Positions 46,573 to 55,644 of a DNA stretch of 64,000 bases are shown in pieces; position 1 is the first letter of the stretch, and every line of letters begins with the position of its first letter. The notes beneath the pieces were generated by a model, which was not told the DNA's origin, made no database searches, and saw only the letters and a program-made list of their open reading frames with translations. The position numbers and the translations under genes were made by a program. The stretch is from an uncultured bacterium (lineage in GTDB: Bacteria > Patescibacteriota > Patescibacteriia > CAIQCM01): the NCBI GenBank assembly GCA_963708045.1, contig OY970181.1, positions 1,061,443-1,125,442 of the forward strand. The letters run 5' to 3'.

Positions 46573-48870
46573 ATGGACGGAAGAAGACACGGCGAACCAA
46601 TCCCTGCACCAAATGAAGAACTGTCGCCACGAGATGAACAAAATCGCGCCGACCTTAAGCCGGATTATCCGACCGTGCCAATGGACGAATACCGCGGCGA
46701 AGTTGTGGAATGTATTCGGAGCCACGAAGACGCGGTCATCATTGGCGAAACCGGTTCGGGAAAAACAACGCGCATTCCTGATTTTTTACTTGATGCCTTT
46801 CCCGAGGCAAAAATTGCCATTACCCAACCGCGCCGCGTTGCCGCGCGTTCGGTTTCCAATTTTGTCGCCAAACGCCGCGGCGGCGAAATTGGCGATGAGG
46901 TCGGCTATCAAGTGCGCTTTGAAGACAAAACAACCGAGGGAACGCGCGCTAATTTTATGACCGATGGCATCTTGCTCCGCAAGTTGCAATACGACCCCCT
47001 GCTTCGGGAATACGATATTATTATGGTTGACGAAGCCCACGAACGCAGTTTAAATATAGACTTTGTTCTCGGACTTTTAAAACGTGCCCAAGCTGGACGA
47101 AAACAAAAAGGCCTAAACGAACTTAAGGTTATTGTCACCTCAGCGACAATAGAAAAAGAAAAATTCGCCAATTTTTTTGGCGATGCGCCAACCGTTGAAG
47201 TGCCAGGACGAATGCATCCGGTAAACGTGGAATACGCCGAGCGGAGCGTGGACGACTATCCAAAAGCCGCAGCCACCAAAGTCCAACAAATTGTAATGGC
47301 GAACGAACCAGGCGACGTGCTTATTTTTATGCCCGGCGAAGAAGACATTCGCCGCACAATTTCTGAAATAGAAGAAATGGGTTTGTCGGGAATAGAAGTC
47401 CTCCCCCTCTATGGCGCGATGGCCCCCGAAGACCAAGATCGTATTTTTGAAAAATCGCCAAAACGTAAAGTAATCATTTCCACCAATATCGCCGAAACAT
47501 CGGTAACGATTGACGGCGTTCGTTTTGTTGTTGACACCGGCCTTATTAAGAAAAAAGAATTTAATCCCGCGACCGGCATTGAAGCGCTTGGAACGCAAGA
47601 ACATGCCAAAAGCGGTTGTGAACAAAGAAAAGGCCGCGCCGGACGCACCGCGCCGGGCACTTGTTATCGCTTGTACACCGAAGACGAATATGCCAACCGC
47701 GCCGACTATCAAACGCCAGAAATTTCACGGACAAATCTTGACCATGTTATTTTGCTAATGAAAAAAATCGGCATTGATGATGTCCGTAATTTTGAATTTA
47801 TTGACCGACCAAAAGAACAAGCTGTTGTCCAGGCCATTGAAACTTTAAAAATATTGGGCGCGCTTGATGACAAAGAAAATCTTACGGAAATAGGAAAAAT
47901 AATGGCCGAACTGCCACTGCGTCCAGAAATCAGCCGCATGGTAATTGAAGCGGAAAAATATCATTGCGTTGGAAAAATTTGCACCATTGCCGCAATGATG
48001 GGCGAAAAATCGGTTTTTGTTCGGCCAAAAGGAAAAGAGGCTGAAGCCGACGCCGCTCACGCCAAATTTACCCAAGGCGGCTCGGACTTTTTAAGACTTT
48101 TGGAAGTCGGCAACCAATGGTTGACTTCCGGCTTTTCCGAAAGCTGGGCGCGCGAAAATTTTTTAAACGTTCGCCAACTTTTTGAAGTCCGCGAGGTAAG
48201 AGCCCAACTGATGCGCGACCTAAAAAATCAAGGCATTGCCGCTGATGACGTAAACGGCAACGATCCCGAAGCGATCCAAAAATGCGTTGCCTCCGGTATG
48301 ATTCAATCTTTAATGATTGCCTCGGGCGACCATTCATACAAGCGTGTCGCGACAAATGCCGGCACGACCAAAGTTGATAATATTTATATTCATCCTTCCT
48401 CGGCCGCTTTTCACCGAGCAACCGAAATAATGATCGGCGCCAAAATCGTTGCCACGACAAAAACATTTGCGCGCCAATGTCAGCCAGTGCCACCGGAGTG
48501 GCTTCCCGAAATTGCGCCGCAACTTTTGGATGTTTACCGTGAAACCGCGAGCTATGACCAATTTGAAGATGTTACAACCAAAGAATTGCCTACTCTCTTA
48601 AAGGCAGTAAGAAGACTTTGTTTGAAAAAACACTACCCATTACCGACCGCGCTCGCGCCGAGGAGGTCTTTGCTCACGCCTTGGCTGACGGATTCATCCT
48701 CACTCCAGCCACCGAACGCAACAATGCTATTACTCGCGACCTTCAAACACTACGCCTTCGCTCTGGCGGGCGTGTTCAAGTGCCAAATCTTTTTACTTGG
48801 TACAAAAAACAGGCCGCGGGCGCGGCAAGCAGAAAAGACGCAATGGCGATTGACGAACGCTTGCGCTTAA
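46573..48870 (+). CDS. hrpA: DEAH-box ATP-dependent helicase HrpA-like (helicase core + HA2/OB). The last ~80 codons look like out-of-frame read-through.
   Basis: GETGSGKTTRIPDFLL, DEAHERS, SAT, TNIAETSVTI, QRKGRAGRTAPGTCYRLYTEDEY. Sequence after ...KAVRRLCLKK is low-complexity junk. Confidence 0.8.
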   Translation: MDGRRHGEPIPAPNEELSPRDEQNRADLKPDYPTVPMDEYRGEVVECIRSHEDAVIIGETGSGKTTRIPDFLLDAFPEAKIAITQPRRVAARSVSNFVAKRRGGEIGDEVGYQVRFEDKTTEGTRANFMTDGILLRKLQYDPLLREYDIIMVDEAHERSLNIDFVLGLLKRAQAGRKQKGLNELKVIVTSATIEKEKFANFFGDAPTVEVPGRMHPVNVEYAERSVDDYPKAAATKVQQIVMANEPGDVLIFMPGEEDIRRTISEIEEMGLSGIEVLPLYGAMAPEDQDRIFEKSPKRKVIISTNIAETSVTIDGVRFVVDTGLIKKKEFNPATGIEALGTQEHAKSGCEQRKGRAGRTAPGTCYRLYTEDEYANRADYQTPEISRTNLDHVILLMKKIGIDDVRNFEFIDRPKEQAVVQAIETLKILGALDDKENLTEIGKIMAELPLRPEISRMVIEAEKYHCVGKICTIAAMMGEKSVFVRPKGKEAEADAAHAKFTQGGSDFLRLLEVGNQWLTSGFSESWARENFLNVRQLFEVREVRAQLMRDLKNQGIAADDVNGNDPEAIQKCVASGMIQSLMIASGDHSYKRVATNAGTTKVDNIYIHPSSAAFHRATEIMIGAKIVATTKTFARQCQPVPPEWLPEIAPQLLDVYRETASYDQFEDVTTKELPTLLKAVRRLCLKKHYPLPTALAPRRSLLTPWLTDSSSLQPPNATMLLLATFKHYAFALAGVFKCQIFLLGTKNRPRARQAEKTQWRLTNACA

Positions 48871-50222
48871 ACTCCGACGAATATTGTTCACCAGAAACAA
48901 GAAGGGAAATTGACCAGCTTTATCCCGAAACTATTCAAGTACAAGGACGCGCTTTGTCCGTGGAATATAGTTTCCGTCCGGCCAATGCCGACGAATGGGC
49001 ATCAGAAAATCGTGAAGAATTTAACGCGACAATTACAATCCCACCCGACCTTCTTTTTAGAATTAAAACCAGCGATATTCCAAAAATCGGCGCGAGCGGG
49101 CGACCACAAGTTCTTTGTCGCGCCGAAGGCTTTAGACGATTATACGGTCTTAACGAAAACGCGTTTATAAAAGAAAATTTGGACGACCTTCAAGCCTTTG
49201 CCGACAACGAGCGTCTTAAAAGTGTTTGGTATCGATTTGAAGCGCCAAAAATTTCAACCGAAAAACCGCTTCCCAAGGAACCGCTCCCCCCACTTGAAAG
49301 CTTGGGCGTGTTTCCGATCGCTTATGCAAAAAACTTTAAAGGCGATGACGTTTTTGCCTATCCAGCTTATGATGCTAATAAAACTTATAATTACGACCGA
49401 GGAGAGTACACCTACTTTTATGAGATTAAATATTTCCGCACCAAAGACGAAGCTGATGAAAGCAACAATCACGCTTTAGAACTTAAAGAACAAGAAATCA
49501 CTCTGGCTCAAGCCAATGAAACCGTAGCAAAAAAAATTATTGCTCCCGCGACAACAACCAGCGAAGATTATGGATACGAAACCGAAACCGAAACCAAAAC
49601 CAAAACCAGATCGTTTTACTCTGACCCCGGCGCAACAAGCGGGTTTGGTTCTATTTTAGACCGCCACTTTAGCAAACAAAAAACACCATCAACAAAAGCA
49701 GAAAAACCAGCCACGCCTGTGACCGAAGCCAAACCAAAAGAAAAAGAAAAAATAACCACAGAACTTCGTGCGACCCTGGAAAATGACATTGCTAATGCTA
49801 ATTTCTTTTTAAACGCCGTTCGTGCCATTCCCGAGCCTGATCCTAAAATGAAAAATGCCGACAAAATATCAAAAGTCCGCGCGCGCGCCATTGAAATACG
49901 ACGCAGTTTAAATATTGCCGAACAAGATCTTGGTGTTACCGATAACGCCGAGCAAGCGCGCGATCGCATCACTGGCATTATGCGTAATGCCGAACGCGCC
50001 GCCGCGGAAATGGCCAAACTTCAAAACAGCCGTGAAGATTGGCCAAGCCGTTTTAAAGATTTTATGGCAACACTCGCGACAATGGCCAAAACTTTGGAAA
50101 CGAACTTAGATAGTACAACGTTAGAAAAAATGAAACCCAAAGTCGCCGCGCTCGCGCAAAATAAACGTGACCCTGCTGACTTAAATGCCGAGCTGGAAAA
50201 AATAATTTTTGATTCTTTATAA
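48618..50222 (+). CDS. hrpA: probable C-terminal portion of HrpA (different frame; TTG-initiated in track)
   Basis: Protein-like sequence begins exactly where the upstream frame degenerates. Adding one A to the A6 run at ~48625-48630 fuses both into a ~1215-aa HrpA-sized protein. Confidence 0.5.
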   Translation: MFEKTLPITDRARAEEVFAHALADGFILTPATERNNAITRDLQTLRLRSGGRVQVPNLFTWYKKQAAGAASRKDAMAIDERLRLNSDEYCSPETRREIDQLYPETIQVQGRALSVEYSFRPANADEWASENREEFNATITIPPDLLFRIKTSDIPKIGASGRPQVLCRAEGFRRLYGLNENAFIKENLDDLQAFADNERLKSVWYRFEAPKISTEKPLPKEPLPPLESLGVFPIAYAKNFKGDDVFAYPAYDANKTYNYDRGEYTYFYEIKYFRTKDEADESNNHALELKEQEITLAQANETVAKKIIAPATTTSEDYGYETETETKTKTRSFYSDPGATSGFGSILDRHFSKQKTPSTKAEKPATPVTEAKPKEKEKITTELRATLENDIANANFFLNAVRAIPEPDPKMKNADKISKVRARAIEIRRSLNIAEQDLGVTDNAEQARDRITGIMRNAERAAAEMAKLQNSREDWPSRFKDFMATLATMAKTLETNLDSTTLEKMKPKVAALAQNKRDPADLNAELEKIIFDSL

Positions 50223-50293
50223 TTTTTTAAATTAAAAACGAGCCTCCCCCAAAAAGGAGAAGCTCGTCAATGTGCTCGCGTCCGTTACCAAAC

Positions 50294-50683
50294 CTAATTG
50301 GTGTTGGACACGATTCCGACAGGCGGTGCGATGTCGTCGCATCCAGGGACGCCGCTCACGGTAAGAACCGTAAAGGCGTCTTCAGTAACGACGACTTGAA
50401 AGTCCTTGCGAACCTCCGCACCAAGATCGGTTTGAAGCGTCACGCTAATGCGACGCGGCTCGCTTGAGGCGAGCAGACCGAAATACGGAGCGCTTTCACC
50501 TGGTGCAATGACTTCCTCGCACTTGGGATATTCCGACATTCCGGTCGCAACATCGGTGATGCCGCAAGTGGTTTGATTGACCACCCGCAGATTGCCGACG
50601 GGGCTTGTTTCAAAAACGTTGTTTTCGTACTCGCAGGCCGGAGCCAGAACGAGTAAAAACATAATAAAAAAGATCTTGTTCAT
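50294..50683 (-). CDS. small lipoprotein
   Basis: Lipobox LVLAPAC. 129 aa, four Cys. Confidence 0.5.
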   Translation of the reverse strand: MNKIFFIMFLLVLAPACEYENNVFETSPVGNLRVVNQTTCGITDVATGMSEYPKCEEVIAPGESAPYFGLLASSEPRRISVTLQTDLGAEVRKDFQVVVTEDAFTVLTVSGVPGCDDIAPPVGIVSNTN

Positions 50684-50734
50684 GGCTCCCCTCGCTTTCT
50701 TTGTTTGTAACCAAAAACATCAGCTATAAAAAAG

Positions 50735-51073
50735 CTACACGTTTTCGCGGTTTTTGTCAATAACCGCGGAAGACGCTTTCATCAAAAAAGCATTTAACCT
50801 GTCTTGAACAACTTGCCGATCTTCTGGCGTTCCAATCTTCATCTCATCCATAAAACGAAGCACCGCTTCGTGATCCCCTTTTTCTTCCATTCTTTCCACC
50901 TCTTTTAAACCAAAACGCTGAATGATTATTTCAGGAATGCCAATAAGGCGCGCTTTTTGAATCGTGATGATCGGTACGTTTTCACTTTTAAGCGTTTCCC
51001 ACGCTTCGCGATCATACCCGACTTCTAGCTGAATATCAATTTCTTCTTCTGGTAGTCCATCATCTTGAAACAT
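50735..51073 (-). CDS. hypothetical acidic protein
   Basis: 112 aa. No family recognised. Confidence 0.45.
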   Translation of the reverse strand: MFQDDGLPEEEIDIQLEVGYDREAWETLKSENVPIITIQKARLIGIPEIIIQRFGLKEVERMEEKGDHEAVLRFMDEMKIGTPEDRQVVQDRLNAFLMKASSAVIDKNRENV

Positions 51074-51163
51074 AGATTGCTGATTAGTATTTTAATATTA
51101 TTGCAAAATGTTTATTAAAGTTTAACATAAAACCCGCGCCTTTCACTAGCGCGGCGCACATAG

Positions 51164-51191
51164 TTGACAAATCTTTTCGTTACTGTATGAT
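51164..51191 (+). promoter_or_regulatory. sigma70-like promoter TTGACA-N16-TATGAT
   Basis: tagTTGACAaatcttttcgttactgTATGATg ~110 nt upstream of the 51304 ORF. Leader contains aaggggg...ccccctt hairpin and an AGGAG RBS. Confidence 0.4.
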
Positions 51192-51303
51192 GTTTCGTTC
51201 AGATGGATCAAGCGACAAAAGGGGGTTGTTGCTTAATCCAAGCACATTCCACCCCCTTCGCAATCAGCCGAAAGCTGGTAGATCCATTTCCTAGGAGATT
51301 CGA

Positions 51304-51690
51304 ATGCACCCACAGTTTCAGTTTCGCCCGATGAACGAAATGGTCATAGTCGTCTGCGCGCCTCATGCCGACCAAGCCGCGGTTGATACACTACTTCACG
51401 AAATCAACCAAGCGGGTTTTGACGCCACCTACGGCGACAGCACGATCAGCACGCCCGCGATGGTTATGAGGACGAAACCAATCGGCGCCGTCTTTGTTGG
51501 TTCGCCAGGATTTCTGATCACGCAGTTCCACGCGCAAAACCCGCAAGTCGCGGTCGTTGCCTTTGGGACGCGCCGCTCGGACGTTCCCGGCAAGATTTGC
51601 TGCCTTAGCAGTCCAAAAGCGATCGCTATGAACCTTGAGAGAAATATCCGTCGCGCAACACCCAGAACAACGTTGCACGCCGCGGCATAA
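51304..51690 (+). CDS. hypothetical protein in GC-rich islet
   Basis: 128 aa. Good RBS (AGGAG N7 ATG), own promoter and terminator. Confidence 0.45.
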   Translation: MHPQFQFRPMNEMVIVVCAPHADQAAVDTLLHEINQAGFDATYGDSTISTPAMVMRTKPIGAVFVGSPGFLITQFHAQNPQVAVVAFGTRRSDVPGKICCLSSPKAIAMNLERNIRRATPRTTLHAAA

Positions 51691-51713
51691 AAGTCCCGCT
51701 CTTCTGCAAATTA

Positions 51714-51748
51714 GCGTCCACACTCCCTTGGGAGCGTGGACGTTTTTA
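51714..51748 (+). terminator. intrinsic terminator
   Basis: gcgtccac-actcccttgggagc-gtggacg followed by TTTTTAATTT. Confidence 0.45.
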
Positions 51749-51850
51749 ATTTACACAAACAACGAACAAGATAAGAATATTGTTTATAAAAAAATGACGC
51801 CACCCCGAGAAATTCTCAGGATGGCGTTAGGAAGTGTGGTCGTTGGCGTT

Positions 51851-52690
51851 CTATGGTGCCGAGCGTACCGATATGATGCTTGGTGCGCCACAGGAATTAA
51901 TCGTTCCGCAGCCGGAACAATTTCCATTGTCGCACTTCAGACAACCGTCAAAGACGGTGGTCGTTTCGGCCTGCGTGCAATCCGGATTGATCACCATTGT
52001 TGTCGTAATCAGCTTGTGAGAACAGGTCGTCGTGTCGGCGGGAAGGGTGATCACAAACAGCCCGTTCGCGTACGTCGTTGACGCACTCGCCTGACTCATC
52101 GTGTTACACGTCTGTCCCGTAAGCGGATCATTCTTAAGGTATGGACCCATCACCGATGTAACGACATATTGTCCTGGAAGAGACTCCGTAACCACCATTT
52201 TCGCAGCGGTTCGTGCACCACTCGGACAACCCGAAGGCCCCAGATCCGCAATCCATGTTCCAAGCGGGCAAGCCAAACCGGTCGTAGTCGTCGTTCCTGT
52301 GCCGGTACCAGTATTTCCGCCACCGGAGTTTCCAGTCTTGCACGCCACGCCGCATGATGCCGCATTCATACAACTGTTGAGCGCATCAAACGCGGTCGCG
52401 CAGTTCGCGCCGTCTTGCCCAGCACAGGTACTCATGCCGCCGTTAGTGCTGCCCGTGGCGCACGAGCAGGTCATCAGATTTGGGCATTGTCCCCCATTGT
52501 AGTTGCCGGTTGCGTAGCCCGAACCAAAAGCCGCCACTGCCTGACTATTGCACGACCCTGCAACACAGGCAACGCACGCCGCCGAAGGCAAACATTGTTG
52601 CTCTGTCGTATTGCCGGGTGCTGGGTTGCTGTTCCCTGAACCGCAACCAATAACGAGCGTCGCTAAAACGTACAAGAACCCTTTTCGCAT
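51851..52690 (-). CDS. Cys/Gly/Thr-rich lipoprotein
   Basis: Revised start MRKGFLYVLATLVIGC with GGAGG RBS. Numerous Cys, GNTGTGTGTTTTTG linker. Confidence 0.6.
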   Translation of the reverse strand: MRKGFLYVLATLVIGCGSGNSNPAPGNTTEQQCLPSAACVACVAGSCNSQAVAAFGSGYATGNYNGGQCPNLMTCSCATGSTNGGMSTCAGQDGANCATAFDALNSCMNAASCGVACKTGNSGGGNTGTGTGTTTTTGLACPLGTWIADLGPSGCPSGARTAAKMVVTESLPGQYVVTSVMGPYLKNDPLTGQTCNTMSQASASTTYANGLFVITLPADTTTCSHKLITTTMVINPDCTQAETTTVFDGCLKCDNGNCSGCGTINSCGAPSIISVRSAP

Positions 52691-52937
52691 TAGAGAACCT
52701 CCAATTGACGACAAGCCGAGACAGCAAAGCTATCCCCAAGTTTATTCACTTGCCGCTATCTCTGAAAAATCAGAAACAGGCGCAAACAAAGAAAATTAGA
52801 ACGGTTAAAAAATACAACCTTTCTTGCAAAATGTCAAGATTGAATGAAGCAGAGGGATGGCGGTGTATGTCGTAAGTTAAACCTATGACATTAAAAAAGC
52901 GCCACCCCGAGAGGCCGGGGCGGCGTTGAATTGATCC

Positions 52938-54056
52938 CTAGTTACGTTTCACCACGCAAAAGACCACCCTATCGCCGACCATAACAGCTACAACACTATA
53001 CAGCTTGCCGGAAGCATCAATAACGAGGGAGGCGTAATCCATACCAGGGCGGCCGATTTCGCTCCAGGTGGAGCCGTTCCATTCGGCCACAAAGAAATGT
53101 CTGTCAGCGTCGGTAGATTCTCCCATGACATAGATGTTGCCGCTCATAGGATCAATGGCAATACTCTCAATTCCACTATTCGCATTCATGATGCCAACTT
53201 CGCTCCAGGCCATGCCATCCCATTTTGCCAAGTATCTTGATCCACTCCACGAATTGACCCCATTAGTGAAGCTACCACCAGCATATATATTGCCACCGGC
53301 ATCAATAGCGAGGACATCGATGTCGTTATTTGCATTAAGGTTGCCAAGTGCACTGACAGCGTTGCCATCCCACCGAGCCACATACTTGTATCCACCCTCA
53401 TCAGTGGCGCCATTGGAAAATTCTCCTGCGGCATATTGGATACTGCCCGACGCATTGGTTACGTAAGTTTTGATACGGCTGTTCGGCGCGAATCCGGTAA
53501 AGATGGTGCTCCATGCGGTCCCGTTCCATTTTTTGTTGCCGTTATAAACATTGCCGACGGCATCGGCGATAATATACAAGGTGCTGTCGCCGCCCCTGAT
53601 TTCGCTCCAGGCCGTGCCATCCCACTTTGCCATAAATTTGTATCCATCAAAATCATAAAAATCTCCGACGGCATAGACATTGCCAGCAACATCGGTAGCA
53701 ATGGAGAAGATGGTGCCATTTGCATTAAGGCTGCCGAGCTCACTCCATGAAGTGCCGTTCCATTTGGCTACATACTGGTATCCGCCGGCATTGGTGAAGG
53801 ATCCTGCGGCATAGACATTGCCAGCAGCATCAGTCGCGAGTTTCCAAATCGCGCCATTAAACGAAGTACCCAACTTGGCCCATCCAGTGGGGATGCATTC
53901 CCCATTGCCACTGTCATAGGAACCACTGCTGCAGAATTCGCCGTCGCCAACACCTACTCCACCACCGCCATATCCAGGATCGTCGTTCGGCGTCTTAGTC
54001 AAACTGCAACCTATGGTCAACATAACGGCAATAATCAAACATACCCAGTTTCGCAT
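52938..54056 (-). CDS. lipoprotein with SBBP-like beta-propeller repeats
   Basis: Revised start MRNWVCLIIAVMLTIGC. Repeats of ~50 aa: AGNVYAAGSFTNAGGYQYVAKWNGTSWSELG (x6-7). Confidence 0.65.
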   Translation of the reverse strand: MRNWVCLIIAVMLTIGCSLTKTPNDDPGYGGGGVGVGDGEFCSSGSYDSGNGECIPTGWAKLGTSFNGAIWKLATDAAGNVYAAGSFTNAGGYQYVAKWNGTSWSELGSLNANGTIFSIATDVAGNVYAVGDFYDFDGYKFMAKWDGTAWSEIRGGDSTLYIIADAVGNVYNGNKKWNGTAWSTIFTGFAPNSRIKTYVTNASGSIQYAAGEFSNGATDEGGYKYVARWDGNAVSALGNLNANNDIDVLAIDAGGNIYAGGSFTNGVNSWSGSRYLAKWDGMAWSEVGIMNANSGIESIAIDPMSGNIYVMGESTDADRHFFVAEWNGSTWSEIGRPGMDYASLVIDASGKLYSVVAVMVGDRVVFCVVKRN

Positions 54057-54377
54057 CTTGGTATCCTCCAATTGTCAACAAGCCGAGACAGCTAAGCTAT
54101 CCCCAAGTTTTTTACGCTTGCCGCTATCTCTGAAAAAACAGAAACAGGCGCAAACAGAAAAAATTAGAACGGTTAAAAAATACAACCTTTTAAGTAAAAT
54201 GTCAAGATTGGCTAATATAAAAAATCCTACTTTGATCAGCAGTATTTTGTACAAAACACCCAAGGTTCAAGTTGTAACAACGGTGCTATTTTATAATATT
54301 TAAAAAAGGTCGGGTAAGCGCTATAAGGCGCAGACCCGACCTTGGTAGAATCGATAACCCCGATTTAGGGTTCTTCT

Positions 54378-55076
54378 TTATCCAGGTACACGAACGAGCT
54401 CGCGATAGCGCTGAACGATCTTGAGACCCTCCAAGTCTGGACAAAAACTCGCAGCATGGTCAATGGCACCAACATTGACAAGTGTGTCATCGTCAAGTGC
54501 GAGCGCTGGGATTGCGTCGGTCTCACCATGCTCCAGCTGGCGGACTAATCCTGCTCTGATTTTGTCCATCTCGTCAAGCCAGTCGCCGCTCGTGGAGTAT
54601 AGATTGCGAAAGATGACAATGACATCATCGCTGTGCACGACCTCCTTGGGCTTGGGTAATTCTTCGGCCCACAACCAAGTCAGGTAGTCGCGGAAGTCTT
54701 CGTCGGTGCCCTCGCCTGGTGAGAACTCATCAAAGAGCCGCACCAAGGTGATCGCCTGAACGGTCGTGGCAACCTTGGAGAACGCTTCAAAAAGGTCGTT
54801 GAAGTTGATCATGGGGTGAGTGAAAACAAACTCCATGCCAAGCTCGGAAGTGAGAACCAAAACCGCGAAGTCAGTGAACTTGTTCTCCTTTTTGAATCTA
54901 TCCACGAGCCGCTGCCAACCCCACACTGGAACCATCGAACGGTACTCCTGGTTTTGAAAGGCCCTAAACCTCTCAAACAGATACTCCCTGTCTCTCTCGT
55001 TTAGTTGCATCTCTCTGCCTCCTTTTCTAAACTCTTGATGCTTTTTCTTTTCACACCAAGCCGTAAAAATTAACAA
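54378..55076 (-). CDS. hypothetical protein
   Basis: 232 aa. Probable true start MQLNERDREY. No family recognised. Confidence 0.45.
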   Translation of the reverse strand: MLIFTAWCEKKKHQEFRKGGREMQLNERDREYLFERFRAFQNQEYRSMVPVWGWQRLVDRFKKENKFTDFAVLVLTSELGMEFVFTHPMINFNDLFEAFSKVATTVQAITLVRLFDEFSPGEGTDEDFRDYLTWLWAEELPKPKEVVHSDDVIVIFRNLYSTSGDWLDEMDKIRAGLVRQLEHGETDAIPALALDDDTLVNVGAIDHAASFCPDLEGLKIVQRYRELVRVPG

Positions 55077-55188
55077 AAAACAACACCTATGTCAAGTCAC
55101 GACGCCAACCATTTTTGGAGTGACTTAATTACAAAAACACCAGTCCAAAAGGACTAGTGTTTTTGTAGCGGTTATTAATATTAGAATA

Positions 55189-55635
55189 TTACTTCTCGAG
55201 CGCCTTTTTTAATTCACCGATGACTGCTTTTTCCCAGTACTTCATTGAATACCAGCGGATAAGCGGCGTTGCGACTATGCGTAGCCATGCCTTATGAATT
55301 GAAACGCGATAGGTGTAATCAATTAAAGTTCCTTCGAGAGCTTTGGAAAGTCGCACCTCTTCGTGTCCGGAAGTTCCAAATTTTAAACTGTCGTTGTCCG
55401 AAATAAATCCTTCCCCGGGAAGAATGTTTGTTTTCATTTGTACTGGAAATTTTTTGCCGAACGATCTGACCATTGCTTCCATTTCTAAATAATTTCCTTC
55501 TCGTTTCTTCACCTGTACCGATTCGGCAACCTTTGGGAAATACTTAGGAAATTTCTCAAAGCCTGTCATCATCTTAAACACATCTTCAATAGGCGCTTTA
55601 ACAAGCCACTGATCGTGAAGTGTAATTTCTTTCAT
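55189..55635 (-). CDS. SRPBCC (START/Bet v1/polyketide-cyclase-like) family protein
   Basis: 148 aa. VKAPIEDVFKMMTGFEKFPKYFP pattern typical of SRPBCC ligand-binding fold. Confidence 0.6.
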   Translation of the reverse strand: MKEITLHDQWLVKAPIEDVFKMMTGFEKFPKYFPKVAESVQVKKREGNYLEMEAMVRSFGKKFPVQMKTNILPGEGFISDNDSLKFGTSGHEEVRLSKALEGTLIDYTYRVSIHKAWLRIVATPLIRWYSMKYWEKAVIGELKKALEK

Positions 55636-55644
55636 ATTTATATA

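Noticed and set aside
54013-54303. 96-aa plus-strand ORF upstream of the SBBP lipoprotein
   Set aside because: It falls entirely within the duplicated promoter and leader region shared with the 52690 gene. No RBS, so likely noncoding.
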